The position numbers and the translations under genes were made by a program. The notes below the pieces were generated by a model. It did not search any database. It saw only the letters and a list, made by a program, of their open reading frames with translations, and had not been told where the DNA came from. A DNA stretch of 64,000 bases, taken from NCBI GenBank assembly GCA_023430685.1, contig JAEYZH010000024.1, positions 1,372 to 65,371 of the forward strand, in the 5' to 3' direction. Within the stretch, counting starts at the first letter, position 1; every line of letters begins with the position of its first letter. Source of the DNA: Pseudomonadota bacterium. GTDB lineage: Bacteria; Pseudomonadota; Gammaproteobacteria; Xanthomonadales; Rhodanobacteraceae. Positions 18,010-27,792 of this stretch are shown here, piece after piece.

Positions 18010-19245
18010 TTACTCGAGGGGCAGAATCGTTCCATCCTCGTACTGCGCGACGCGGCGCCCGTTCGCGGTTCCAGTGCGCACCACGCGACCGTGCGAGCCG
18101 CCAGGCGCTGGCGATGTGCCTGGCCGGGCACCACTGCGCTGTGGCTGCGCGGCGAAACGCGGTGGCGGCGCAGCTCCCTCATCGCCCCACTGCGGATCGA
18201 CGCGTCGTGGCGCCCACCAGCCCTCCGCTTCCGGATGCGCGCGGCGCATGTAGTGGGCCGTGACCTTCGCGGCATCGTCAGCGCGCGCGCCGTCCTTCAC
18301 CTGGTCGGCGTAGAACTTGGCGGCGATCTGCGCCGGGGTGCCCTCGCGCTCGCGGCCGGCCAGCGTTCCCTTTGCCGGCTGACCGGATTCGTCCATGATC
18401 GGCGCCGTGCGGCCGGTGGCGTAGTCGAACTGCTGCAGCGATCCATCGTCGCCGCGCACGAGCTCGGTGAAGTTCTTCGGGTTTTTCGCGCGCGCCGCGG
18501 CTTCTTCCTGCTGCGATCGGATGCCCTCGAAGGCAGCCTGCACGTAGATGCGCGGGTCGACCATCGTCGCCGCTGCGCGCAGCAACTGATCCTGATTCGC
18601 GAACTGGGTCACCTTGCCGCCGGCGCTCGTGATCGTGAACGAACCGTCTTCGTTCTGCGTGATTCCTGCGATGGGAGCGCCCCCGAAGGATCCGATCGTG
18701 CTGTTGTACGCTTCGGCCAGGCCGTTCCAATCGCCGGTCGCGCGGCCCTGCGCAAATCCCGCGCCGATCGCGTTCCGCGCCTTCGCAATGCCCATGTCGA
18801 GGCGCTTCTCGTCGATGCCCATGCGCTCGAGCTCGATGCGCATCGCATTGAGCGACATGCGCTGCCCGCTCTCGGCCATGCTCTGGCGCTTGGCCTGCTG
18901 GCCGAGATCGAACTCCGCATCCTCCTGCGCATACTTGGTCGGCAGGCGATCCAGTTCCATACGACCGCGCTCCGCCTGCATGCCGCGGATCGAGCGGTCG
19001 AGGCCGTACGTCTCGTCTTCGCGCTGCTCGAGGATAGGCCGACGTTTCAGCATGTGTGACCGATCCTCGAGCCCGTGCTCGAACACCGTCTCCACACGCT
19101 CGTCCGCGCGCGCCTCTCGCCCAGCCTGACGCTCGCGCTCCGCCCGCGCCTCCGCGTCCAGCGCGTTGCGGCGGTTGATTTCGTTCTGCTGGTCCCATCC
19201 ATCCATCAGGCCCTGCAGGATGCCGCCGGTCGCGAGGCCTGCCAT
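18010..19245 (-). CDS. Internal virion / ejection protein candidate (411 aa)
   Basis: Coiled-coil, charged protein positioned between another internal-protein candidate and the giant protein. The ATG at 19245 overlaps the upstream stop (TGATG), with GGAGG 6 nt upstream. Confidence 0.6.
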   Translation of the reverse strand: MAGLATGGILQGLMDGWDQQNEINRRNALDAEARAERERQAGREARADERVETVFEHGLEDRSHMLKRRPILEQREDETYGLDRSIRGMQAERGRMELDRLPTKYAQEDAEFDLGQQAKRQSMAESGQRMSLNAMRIELERMGIDEKRLDMGIAKARNAIGAGFAQGRATGDWNGLAEAYNSTIGSFGGAPIAGITQNEDGSFTITSAGGKVTQFANQDQLLRAAATMVDPRIYVQAAFEGIRSQQEEAAARAKNPKNFTELVRGDDGSLQQFDYATGRTAPIMDESGQPAKGTLAGREREGTPAQIAAKFYADQVKDGARADDAAKVTAHYMRRAHPEAEGWWAPRRVDPQWGDEGAAPPPRFAAQPQRSGARPGTSPAPGGSHGRVVRTGTANGRRVAQYEDGTILPLE

Positions 19246-19916
19246 CACACACCTCCGAACATGTTGTTGCCCGAGTACTCATTCACGAGCGAGCTGACGC
19301 CGCGGCCCATCATCTGGGCGCCGGCGGCCGCCGCTTGGGAATACTGGTCTGCCCTAGCGCCGTACATCGCCGCCTGCCCGCCGAATGCGCCGCCGAGCGC
19401 GCTGCTGCCGGCATTCATCGTGTTGAGCGCGTTCGCTTGCGCGCCGCTCGACAGGCTCGCAAAGCTGGCGAGCTTGTTAAACCGGGTGTCCTTGGCGGCC
19501 TTACGCGCCTGGTTGTTGCCGTTCACCTGCGCCATCGCGCGGCCGAGTCCATACTGGGTTTCGCTCGCGCTGAACGCACCGTCGGTCGGATTCACGCCGT
19601 AGCGCTCCATCGTCCGGCGATTGATGTCCTGCGCAGTGTCGAAGGACATGCCGACGTCTGCGGCGATCGCACCATAGTCGGGGCGCTCTTCTTCCATCGC
19701 GAGCTCGCGGAAACTGGTAAGCGCCGGCATGTAGAGCTGCTTCCAGTCCTCGTACTGCTCCTTGCCGAAGTCCAGCTGGTCCTGCGCAACCTGCGCCTGC
19801 GCATCCATCGACTGCTGCTGGCGCTTGGAGGCCTTGTCGGATGCCTTGCTTGCCTTGTTGGCGCTGTACGCGCCGGCTGCGACCGTCGCGACGGCCATCG
19901 CAGTTACTGCGGCCAT
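19245..19916 (-). CDS. Internal virion protein candidate (223 aa, Ala/Gly/Gln-rich)
   Basis: AAGGAG lies 8 nt upstream of the ATG at 19916. The N-terminus MAAVTAMAVATVAAGAYSA is hydrophobic, and composition is typical of podovirus internal core proteins. Confidence 0.55.
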   Translation of the reverse strand: MAAVTAMAVATVAAGAYSANKASKASDKASKRQQQSMDAQAQVAQDQLDFGKEQYEDWKQLYMPALTSFRELAMEEERPDYGAIAADVGMSFDTAQDINRRTMERYGVNPTDGAFSASETQYGLGRAMAQVNGNNQARKAAKDTRFNKLASFASLSSGAQANALNTMNAGSSALGGAFGGQAAMYGARADQYSQAAAAGAQMMGRGVSSLVNEYSGNNMFGGV

Positions 19917-20365
19917 TGCACCAGCTCCTTGGTGTAGCAGCTTTCGCTGAAGCGGTATCCCATCCGCTCGTAGAGGGCCGCCGCTTGGGGCGGGCTGTTC
20001 GACAGGTGCACCATCTGGATGGCCACGGCGCCAGCGGCGCGGCAGGCTGGCTCGACTGCCGAGAGCAGCGCGTGTCCCGCGCCGGACTTGCGCGCGTCAG
20101 GATCGACCCACCACACCACTTCGTGCGCAGTGCGCACCGCATGGTTGAACATGAATGGCGCGATGAACAGGCCGGCCATCCCGACCACGCGACCATCAAC
20201 CTCCGCGACCAGCATCGTGCCGGTCTCCATCATCGACCGCGTGAGCGCCGCGACTGCATCCTTCGACATCGACACGAATCTGGCATAGCTCGTGGTCGCG
20301 TAGAACGCACGCGACATCGCGACGATCGCTTCCAGATCCGCTTCGGTGGCGAGGCGGACGATCAC
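19904..20365 (-). CDS. GNAT-family N-acetyltransferase
   Basis: VIVRLATEADLEAIVAMS..., the acetyl-CoA-binding segment VWWVDPDARKSGAGHALLSAVE, and ALYERMGY. The GTG start at 20365 overlaps the upstream stop (GTGA). Confidence 0.8.
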   Translation of the reverse strand: MIVRLATEADLEAIVAMSRAFYATTSYARFVSMSKDAVAALTRSMMETGTMLVAEVDGRVVGMAGLFIAPFMFNHAVRTAHEVVWWVDPDARKSGAGHALLSAVEPACRAAGAVAIQMVHLSNSPPQAAALYERMGYRFSESCYTKELVQWPQ

Positions 20366-20637
20366 GACGCCGCAACCCCTAGAATGACGCCGAGCGCAAA
20401 CGGCGCCACGCAAGTACCGCGCTCGCTATTGGCCCGCTCGGCGGCCAACGCGCTGCGTTCCAATGCGGCAACTTCACGTCGACGCAGCAGAAGCAGTTCC
20501 CGGTCGCGACGCCACGCGGCCGCTTCATGCGGCGGCATGCCTGCCGTCACGGTAGCGACGAGCTGCTGTTCTCTCCTTGCCGCGTACTGCGCAACATCGA
20601 TCTGAGCCATCGCCGCGGCCGCTGCGATCACGAACAT
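20362..20637 (-). CDS. Small hypothetical protein (91 aa) with hydrophobic termini
   Basis: AAGGAG lies 5 nt upstream of the ATG at 20637. The long 5' extension in the ORF track is off-frame-like. Confidence 0.5.
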   Translation of the reverse strand: MFVIAAAAAMAQIDVAQYAARREQQLVATVTAGMPPHEAAAWRRDRELLLLRRREVAALERSALAAERANSERGTCVAPFALGVILGVAAS

Positions 20638-21197
20638 GGGACACTCCTTGGCGTGAAGAAGGCGACCGCCACCAGCCGGCCATTCTCCGGACAATTCCCG
20701 AATGCCGCGAAGGGATACCGGCTGTGGAACAGCGCGCTCTCGTAGATCGCGGCACGGTTGTAGCGCATGCGCGCGACGCCGCGGATCGACCAGGCGTCCG
20801 CGTTGTTCCAGTCGTGCCGCACCTGCTCGAACAGGTCCGCGTCGCCCGGATCGATCCGGTGCGCGCCGGTCGCGTGGTGGCGCCAAAATGCGGTGCCCCC
20901 GGGGCCGTCGCACAGGTAGAGCACAAGCGCATGCGTGCCCCAGCCGAGGTCCGAATGGATCGCAGCGTTCGGCATCTCGCCGTTGAAGTTCATGCGGTAG
21001 CCCATGCCGAGCATGTCGACGGGACCCATGATCGCCTCGATGCGCTCGCGCAGACCCGGCACGTCGACGAGGGAAACGCGCTTGTAGACCTCACCATCCG
21101 GGCCTGGCCAATCGATGAACTTCGAGCCGAGCGCGTGCGCCCGAACCGCGTCGGGGCTGGCGAGGAAACTGTCGTGGATAGTCAGGCCGTCGAGCAT
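20628..21197 (-). CDS. Cupin / 2OG-Fe(II)-oxygenase-like protein
   Basis: HxD...H facial-triad-like spacing: AAIHSDLGWGTHALVLYL ... RAAIYESALFHSR. 189 aa, embedded among tail and virion genes. Confidence 0.5.
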   Translation of the reverse strand: MLDGLTIHDSFLASPDAVRAHALGSKFIDWPGPDGEVYKRVSLVDVPGLRERIEAIMGPVDMLGMGYRMNFNGEMPNAAIHSDLGWGTHALVLYLCDGPGGTAFWRHHATGAHRIDPGDADLFEQVRHDWNNADAWSIRGVARMRYNRAAIYESALFHSRYPFAAFGNCPENGRLVAVAFFTPRSVPCS

Positions 21198-21259
21198 GGC
21201 TCTGAGCGCAATTTCGCGGACCTAGATGATCCGAGGACGTCCGTGCTGGTCCAAGTGAA

Positions 21260-24200
21260 TTACGCGATATGCATCGCGATCACGTTCCAACCTTGCATGA
21301 TCGAAAACTGCGCCTCAGCCATCGTTTTCATGTTGAGCCGGACGTAGTACTGGCCCGGCGTCGGCTGGACGACGCCCATGATCGTGAATGGCCAAACTTC
21401 GGGGGCGAAGTCGTCCACGACCTGCTCCTGGATCAGGTAGCCGGAAGTGTCCTCGTAGCCTGCGGCGCCGCCGCTGCCCGTCAGCGTCGCCTTGAACATG
21501 TAGCCCTTGTGATCGTTGCCGCCGCTGGACTGGGTCGCCAGCGTTCCGGAAATGATGATGAGGATGCGCGGCGCGCCGCCGCTGCGAGTCGGCTTCACGT
21601 TGATGCGGCCGCCCGAGACGGCCACCTGCACAATGCTCGAGGCGCGCGGGTTTGCGCCGCCGAATCCGGACCATCCCGAGCCAGGTCCAGCGTCGCTGGC
21701 CAGCGAAGGCAGCATCAGGCCAGAGTCGCCAAGGAACAGGTCGGTGTTGAAGCCTGCGCGCGCCTGATCGTCGCGAACCCAGAAGGCGCCGTTCGCTTCC
21801 GACCTACCCTCGCCCGCCGTGCCGTAGTTCGCGCGAGGACCGATCCACATGGCGAATCGCTGGCCCGGCTGGCCGTCTCCACCGATCGAGGCGACATTGA
21901 TGCCATCAGTCGCGATCACCGCATCGTCGCCGACGGAGAGGTTGCCGCCGACAAACAGGTTGCCCAGCCGGTCGAGCTTGAACGCTTCCTGCCCGGTCGC
22001 TGGCTTCCAGTAGCGCAGCGGGTACTGGCTGGTCACTGGATTGTTCATCTCGATGATGAAGTTCGAGATGCTGTCGTAGCTGCTGGGGTCCAATGCGCCG
22101 GTGCCGGGTGTGCCGGCGATCAGGCGCTGTCCAATGACGACGTTCGCGTTCACCACCTCGGCCTGCAGTTGGTGGATGAATGCGGTCTGCGCCGTCAACA
22201 CGTCGAAGTCGGCCTCGGTCGCGCGCACGAGCCCGTCGACCACGAGCTTGCCGCGGATCCCGACAACACCGCGCGTCGTGTCGATGACGAACGGGATATT
22301 CGGCGCCGGCATCAAGGCGTTCTTGTAGACGTTGAGGTCGCTCGCGTTCGAGAACGATCCGTTGTCCGTGCGCTTCACGCGCACCGTCGACCCGCTGACG
22401 GATACGACTTCCACTTCGAGGCCCGCCAGGCCGATGCCAGCGAGCGGGTTCGGGCTCTGCCCCTGCGGGTTGCCGTCGGTGATCGCGAAGACGGCCGTGT
22501 TCGGATGCTCGGCGTCGTCGCTCGCGCGGATGCCATGGTTCGAAGTGCCGAGCGCTATGTTTGCCTCGACGCCGGTCCCGATGCGGGAAATGCTCTGGAT
22601 CACGCCACCGGCCATGCCGGTGCCCATCACTGCGAATTGATTCGCATTGATCAGGAAGGTGCTCAGCGTCTCGAATTCGCCCTCTTCGTTCTGCGAGGTT
22701 TCCAGTCCGAGCCCGAAGCCGGCCGCGTAGACCAGGCCGTCTGAGGTGATCTCGCGCATGCGCACGGACCACATTGCTTCCACTGCGCCATCCGCGTGCT
22801 GGGCGATCTCCATCGCTTGCTGCGCCTGTACCGTTGCTTCCCCGATCGACGTCTCGAGCGCGGCCACCTCGCGCGCGATGACGCTTCCAGGCTCCGCGCT
22901 GACGAAGACGTTGTGGAACACGCTGGCGATGAGGTCGATGAAGTCGTCCGGATCGTTCCCGCCACCAGCTCCCGCAGCGCCGATCGTCACGCCCGTGACG
23001 GCAACGCCCGCGCCAAACGGGACGGAGTTGCCCGGGATGTTCAAGATGACATTCGGCCCGCCGACGCTGAATACCGTTTGGTTGCCGGCGATGCTGCTGA
23101 GCGGACCAGATGGCGCGATCAGGTTGATCGTTTGACCGGCGGAAAAGTTGCTGCCGGCCGAAGGGTTGGCGAGTGTCAGCAGGATCTGAGATGGCAGTTC
23201 CGCAGCGCGCGTGTAGGAGAAGACGGCGAACTGCTCGCCGCCGCTGTTATCCGCCGCTGCCTGCGTGATGGCAGCCTGCCAGATGTTCACCTCTTCGAGG
23301 TTCGCCGCGTTCTCTTCGGCGATGCCCGTCACGTATCCGATCCGCTGGATCAACGTCTGGCTGCCGGGCGGCTGATCGCTCACGCCGATGATGCGGATGA
23401 GCTGCTGGTTGATCTGGCCGTGCAGTGCGTCATCCAGCGAAGCGATGTAGTTCGTGACGCCGCCCGCCTGCATGATCGGGTTGAACGCCGCGGTGTCGAA
23501 GAACTGACCCACCAGTTGCCGGTAGATCGACGTGTTCTGCACGTTCGTGATGAGCTGACCTAGCACCAGCGCAGGGTCGATCGAGAGTTGTCCGCTCGCG
23601 CCGAGTAGCGGCGCGTACGGACCAGGCACGCCCGCCGTCGACACAAACCGGACCCAGTACCAGTAGGTCGTCGGGTTGAGCGCATCGCCCAGCGGATCGG
23701 CCGTGGTGTCGAGCCTCACGAGGTCCGCATCGGTGAAGATCGTTCCGGCACCGGTGCCAGCAAAGTCGGGATGTACGTTGCCCGGCCCGATCGGCCGGTT
23801 CGGCTGAGGCATGGCGCCGAGGTTGAACGTCGGCGCAATCGGATTGCCGGCGCCATCCCTGCCCGCCTCAGGCTTGCGAAAGAGCTCCGCGTAGGCGTGG
23901 TTGTGATAGTCGGGCGGGTTCCACGTGACCATCAGTCCGCTTGGCGCGATGTGATGCACCGAAACGCCTGTTGGCGCTGGCGGCGGCGTGAAGTCGTCGT
24001 CGCCGAAATCCGGATCTCCCGGGTCGAAGATCGGACTGCCGGGATCATCGCCACCACCATCGCCTGGGCCGACCACCGCAGCTCCGCCGCGCCCGACGTT
24101 GACCTTCGCGATGCCGGCGTCGCCGAGTTCGCGAAGCGTGACGAAGCGATCGAGCGGATCACCGCGACGGCCGTAGCCGACCTCAACCGACTCCTTCAGA

Positions 24201-24286
24201 GCCTTGAGCGCCAAGTCGACCTCATTCTGGCTGCGACCGATCGCAGGGATCGCCGGCACCTTGGTCTTGCGCGGGGAGCTGGTCAC
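21260..24286 (-). CDS. Large tail fibre / host-specificity protein (1,008 aa)
   Basis: The N-terminal conserved region is followed by an FN3-like segment (PPAPTGVSVHHIAPSGLMVTWNPPDYHNHAYAELF) and a long beta-rich region. The GTG start overlaps the upstream stop (GTGA). Confidence 0.75.
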   Translation of the reverse strand: MTSSPRKTKVPAIPAIGRSQNEVDLALKALKESVEVGYGRRGDPLDRFVTLRELGDAGIAKVNVGRGGAAVVGPGDGGGDDPGSPIFDPGDPDFGDDDFTPPPAPTGVSVHHIAPSGLMVTWNPPDYHNHAYAELFRKPEAGRDGAGNPIAPTFNLGAMPQPNRPIGPGNVHPDFAGTGAGTIFTDADLVRLDTTADPLGDALNPTTYWYWVRFVSTAGVPGPYAPLLGASGQLSIDPALVLGQLITNVQNTSIYRQLVGQFFDTAAFNPIMQAGGVTNYIASLDDALHGQINQQLIRIIGVSDQPPGSQTLIQRIGYVTGIAEENAANLEEVNIWQAAITQAAADNSGGEQFAVFSYTRAAELPSQILLTLANPSAGSNFSAGQTINLIAPSGPLSSIAGNQTVFSVGGPNVILNIPGNSVPFGAGVAVTGVTIGAAGAGGGNDPDDFIDLIASVFHNVFVSAEPGSVIAREVAALETSIGEATVQAQQAMEIAQHADGAVEAMWSVRMREITSDGLVYAAGFGLGLETSQNEEGEFETLSTFLINANQFAVMGTGMAGGVIQSISRIGTGVEANIALGTSNHGIRASDDAEHPNTAVFAITDGNPQGQSPNPLAGIGLAGLEVEVVSVSGSTVRVKRTDNGSFSNASDLNVYKNALMPAPNIPFVIDTTRGVVGIRGKLVVDGLVRATEADFDVLTAQTAFIHQLQAEVVNANVVIGQRLIAGTPGTGALDPSSYDSISNFIIEMNNPVTSQYPLRYWKPATGQEAFKLDRLGNLFVGGNLSVGDDAVIATDGINVASIGGDGQPGQRFAMWIGPRANYGTAGEGRSEANGAFWVRDDQARAGFNTDLFLGDSGLMLPSLASDAGPGSGWSGFGGANPRASSIVQVAVSGGRINVKPTRSGGAPRILIIISGTLATQSSGGNDHKGYMFKATLTGSGGAAGYEDTSGYLIQEQVVDDFAPEVWPFTIMGVVQPTPGQYYVRLNMKTMAEAQFSIMQGWNVIAMHIA

Positions 24287-26271
24287 TGCTCCCTCACGTC
24301 GTCCGTGTTGTCGCTGAGGACGAGGCTCTGGACATCGTGCGCGGTGTCGAGCACGACTTGGTACTCGCGCGACAAGAACCCACCGGGAAGGCGGAACGGC
24401 TCTGGCCCTGCGACGCTGATCGCGTAGCTGTCAGGAAGCGTGCCGTCGGGCTGCCCCGTCCCAGCCTGCAGGTTGCCGTAGCGCACCGTGAGAGCGACCG
24501 GATAGCCGCTCGCGAAGACTCGGCCGATCGACAGGTTCACGGCGTGCGGCAGCGTGAAAACCTTCGACACCCAGCGCGCGGTAAGCGCAGCAGGACCATC
24601 ATCGAAGCGATGGCGCGCCTGCTGCGACACGCCGGACACGAGGATGAAGTTCAGCGCATCGTCGTCCGGGTCGATCGCCGGCGCGCGTCCAAGCGTCGAC
24701 GTGTCGCTGATGTTGAGGCCGTCCCCCTTGAGCTCAACGATCAGCGTAGGCTTACCCGAGTCACGCGAGAATGCGATGTACCGCCCGTCGTGGTAGATCG
24801 CGTCCATCGTGCTGGACCAAAGCGCGGCCCACTGGCGCTTCGAGACGTGCTGCAACGTCACGACGCGCGAGCTCGCGGCAGAGATGAAGGCCAGGCCATC
24901 CGGTGTCGGGTACACGACGCCAGCGCCGACCGAGCAGACGCCACCCTTGTTGAGGCACGGCGCATCGATGTCGAGCTGCTGCAGCGATACGCTCGCCGGA
25001 TCGGTGCCACTCGCGAGGTAGGGCTTTCCTTTCGTGGCGAGCACGGCCGTCTGGCCGTACACGGCGATCCCGACGATGTCGTCCTGCGTGGTCTTCCGGT
25101 AGCTGTCCGGCCACGCGCTCGGCTGGTACGGCTCGCTGAGATAGAGCGTGTTCCCGTTGAAGCCCCCGAGGAACCCATTCGGCATCGCGAAGAGTCCGCG
25201 TAGCCCGTTCGGCGCCGGCGCCCAGAACTCGCTCGGCAGCAGTTCGCCCAGCGCAGCATCCTTCACGTCGTCCACGATCGGCTGCGTCGTACCGGTCGGC
25301 GCGATCGCGACCTCCTTGACGAAGAAGAACTCGGAGCCTGCCGTTCCCGTCTCGGTGCGGTACAACCGAATCCGGTTCACGAAGGCCGACGCCCACGCTG
25401 GCACTTGTCGATCGACGGTCACGGTGACGGTCGAGTCGTAGCGGAAGTCGGTCACGTCGCTGGGCGGGCTCGGCATGCCCTCTTCGCCCCAGTCGGTCAC
25501 GAAAGTGGACACGTAGCTGCGAGATTCGAGGTCGGAGTCCTGATAGACCCGCTTGATCGACATGCTGGTCGCCGACGTGAACGCCGTGTAGTTCGCGCCG
25601 TCGGAGTCACGAAGGTCAAACGTGCTCGCCGTGACGTTGCCGACGATGAACTCGAGGCCGATGACCTCCTTCATGCCTTCGTCGGTCGGCGCCGCGGCGA
25701 CGCGCGAGCACGCGACGCGCTGCCCCTCCTTGAACGGATGGTTCGGCGCAGTCACCGTCACCGGCGACGTCTGGCTCATGCTGGTGAGCGTGCGCGGCGG
25801 ACCGGTCGTGATCGACGCCGTCGCGCGCGACTCGACCGTCGTCGGCTTCACAGTAGGCTGCGGCACGCCGAGGCGACGGATGATGCCGGGATTGTTCGCC
25901 GTGATGGCGGCCTGCGTCGGCTGAGACGCGACGCGCGGATAGTTGTCGGCCGTCGGCGTGTTGATCGTCGAAGGATCCACGCGCGACCAGTACAGCCGCC
26001 CCAGCGAGTCCTGCGGAACAGGCGAAGCGACCGGGTCAACCTCCCATGGCGCCGGCCAAGCCAGCCAGGTCGAAGCACCTTGGAACCGGTACTTGAACAG
26101 GCGCGACACCGCGAAGCCGAGCGACGATTGCAACGACGTCGCCAGCAGCGGGCGCAGATCGGTTCCATCGAATCGGCAGTCGCGCGCGAGCGTCGCTCCG
26201 CCGGCGGCGAGCTTGCGCGGATCGATCAGCGGTGCGACGCCGCTGAACCCATCAATCCGAATGGCCGTCAC
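24283..26271 (-). CDS. Tail structural protein (about 662 aa)
   Basis: The track start at 26292 is TTG. I prefer the GTG at 26271, preceded by AGGAG 7 nt upstream. Large beta-rich protein between fibre genes, with no enzymatic motif. Confidence 0.65.
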   Translation of the reverse strand: MTAIRIDGFSGVAPLIDPRKLAAGGATLARDCRFDGTDLRPLLATSLQSSLGFAVSRLFKYRFQGASTWLAWPAPWEVDPVASPVPQDSLGRLYWSRVDPSTINTPTADNYPRVASQPTQAAITANNPGIIRRLGVPQPTVKPTTVESRATASITTGPPRTLTSMSQTSPVTVTAPNHPFKEGQRVACSRVAAAPTDEGMKEVIGLEFIVGNVTASTFDLRDSDGANYTAFTSATSMSIKRVYQDSDLESRSYVSTFVTDWGEEGMPSPPSDVTDFRYDSTVTVTVDRQVPAWASAFVNRIRLYRTETGTAGSEFFFVKEVAIAPTGTTQPIVDDVKDAALGELLPSEFWAPAPNGLRGLFAMPNGFLGGFNGNTLYLSEPYQPSAWPDSYRKTTQDDIVGIAVYGQTAVLATKGKPYLASGTDPASVSLQQLDIDAPCLNKGGVCSVGAGVVYPTPDGLAFISAASSRVVTLQHVSKRQWAALWSSTMDAIYHDGRYIAFSRDSGKPTLIVELKGDGLNISDTSTLGRAPAIDPDDDALNFILVSGVSQQARHRFDDGPAALTARWVSKVFTLPHAVNLSIGRVFASGYPVALTVRYGNLQAGTGQPDGTLPDSYAISVAGPEPFRLPGGFLSREYQVVLDTAHDVQSLVLSDNTDDVREQ

Positions 26272-26449
26272 TGGCCTGCTCCTGGGCTTCAACCGGCTTC
26301 GGCAGCATGGCTCGCAGCGTGCGGTGCGCCAGATTGATCCGGTCGAGCAACGCCTCTTGCGACGCCGGTCGATCCTTCAGCGTGGACACGTACTCGATCG
26401 CGATGTTCGCGAGAATCTTGAGGGCCGTATCCGCATTCATCGTGGTCAC
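26252..26449 (-). CDS. Small hypothetical virion-module protein (65 aa)
   Basis: The ATG at 26449 overlaps the upstream stop. Helical protein MTTMNADTALKILANIAIEYVSTLKD... Confidence 0.5.
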   Translation of the reverse strand: MTTMNADTALKILANIAIEYVSTLKDRPASQEALLDRINLAHRTLRAMLPKPVEAQEQASDGHSD

Positions 26450-27792
26450 CGCTTCACGCGCCAGCGCTGAGACGACGAGTCGTACCAGAGCGTGACGCTG
26501 TCATTGGCCGGGAGCGTGAAGTTCACGCTTCCCGGCATCGAGAATCGATTGGCAGCGGTCGAGCTCGCGTTCTCATGCGAGAGGGTCATCGCGCCGCCAG
26601 TGGTGTTGAAGAAGGTGATCTCGTTCCCACCACCGCTCGTGGCGGGAGCGATCAGCCCGGTGAACGTGGTGGCAGACCCTGTGATTCGAATGATCCGCGC
26701 GGTCGCGAGGTTGGTCGGGTTCCAGTTGTTCACGGTTCCACCGGCGCCTGCGGAACCGAAGTTGCCGAGGCGCCACTGCAGGGCTCCGGCAGCGATCTCG
26801 GTCGACGAGTCGAAGAAGACGACCCCTTGCGAAACGAGTGTGCCATTGCAGTTCAGCGTGTTCTGAAACGTCGCAGTGTTTACGACGTTCATCGCCCCGC
26901 CGACAGAGACGTTGCCGGCGAATGCCGCGTTGTAGACCGAGCCGTTGTGCGAGAGCGTGAGCACGGTGCCTGGCGCGCTGGTTCCGTCGGGAGAGACTTG
27001 GAACAGCATCGACACCTTCACGGCCGCTCCGCTGATGCTGGCGACCGTCGATACGATGCGCGCCGGCTGCGCCCAGTTGCTCGAGGCGTGGCGCGCGTAC
27101 CAGCGAATCGATCCGAGTTCGTCGTTCACCTGCACCGCGGTGTTGCCATCGATGCCGCGCCCCTTGGCCAGCGCGAAGCGCGGTCCGGCGGTACTGTTCG
27201 CGCCGACGAGCGCAGTGAACGACGCGATGGCCTCCGAGGATGAGCCCGCGAAGTAGGAGGTGTTGCCGTAGAACGCGGCGCGGACTCCGATACTGCTGTC
27301 CGACGACTCGAAGCCAGAAGCGTGCGCGCTTGAGTACGTCGAACCGAAGTTCGGAGTCCATGTGCTCTTGGCTCCGCCTGTTACGTTGAGGGCTGCTGCG
27401 ACGTTGACCGCTCCGCCCGCAATGACCTGGTCGACGGTGATGAACGGGTGCAGCAGGCCTTGGGCCGTGAGCGCCTGGTAGATCACGGCGCCAGCGGTCC
27501 ACGATTGCGCGGTCGAGCCCGCTGCGCCGCGCACGCAATGCCGCAGGCTGAACGTGCCGTCGCCGTTGTTGTCGACCGCGTCGTACAGCACGATCTCGAA
27601 CTTGGTCGGCTGCGTCAGCGAGTCGGTGAGGGTCGCGATGCCGAAGCCGCCGCTCGCAGCATCGCCAGTCGGGTTGGCGGGGTTGTTGAACGGCGCGACA
27701 GCAGCGTTGAAGGTGATCGTGTTCGCGACGGAGTTGATCGACGTCGCGAGCACCACCCGCGCGTTGTCCGCCATGGAGTATCGGCCGAGCAT
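26446..27792 (-). CDS. Tail fibre protein (448 aa)
   Basis: AAGGAGG lies 4 nt upstream of the ATG at 27792 (TGATG overlap with the upstream stop). Gly/Ser/Thr/Ala/Asn-rich beta composition. The track ORF 26446..28971 5' extension is rejected. Confidence 0.7.
   Translation of the reverse strand: MLGRYSMADNARVVLATSINSVANTITFNAAVAPFNNPANPTGDAASGGFGIATLTDSLTQPTKFEIVLYDAVDNNGDGTFSLRHCVRGAAGSTAQSWTAGAVIYQALTAQGLLHPFITVDQVIAGGAVNVAAALNVTGGAKSTWTPNFGSTYSSAHASGFESSDSSIGVRAAFYGNTSYFAGSSSEAIASFTALVGANSTAGPRFALAKGRGIDGNTAVQVNDELGSIRWYARHASSNWAQPARIVSTVASISGAAVKVSMLFQVSPDGTSAPGTVLTLSHNGSVYNAAFAGNVSVGGAMNVVNTATFQNTLNCNGTLVSQGVVFFDSSTEIAAGALQWRLGNFGSAGAGGTVNNWNPTNLATARIIRITGSATTFTGLIAPATSGGGNEITFFNTTGGAMTLSHENASSTAANRFSMPGSVNFTLPANDSVTLWYDSSSQRWRVKR

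Noticed and set aside
13481-18253. Plus-strand ORFs of 534 aa (13481..15085) and 893 aa (15572..18253)
   Set aside because: Both are antisense to the giant virion gene, whose frame carries several recognisable enzyme motifs. The plus-strand translations are low-complexity R/A/G/V.
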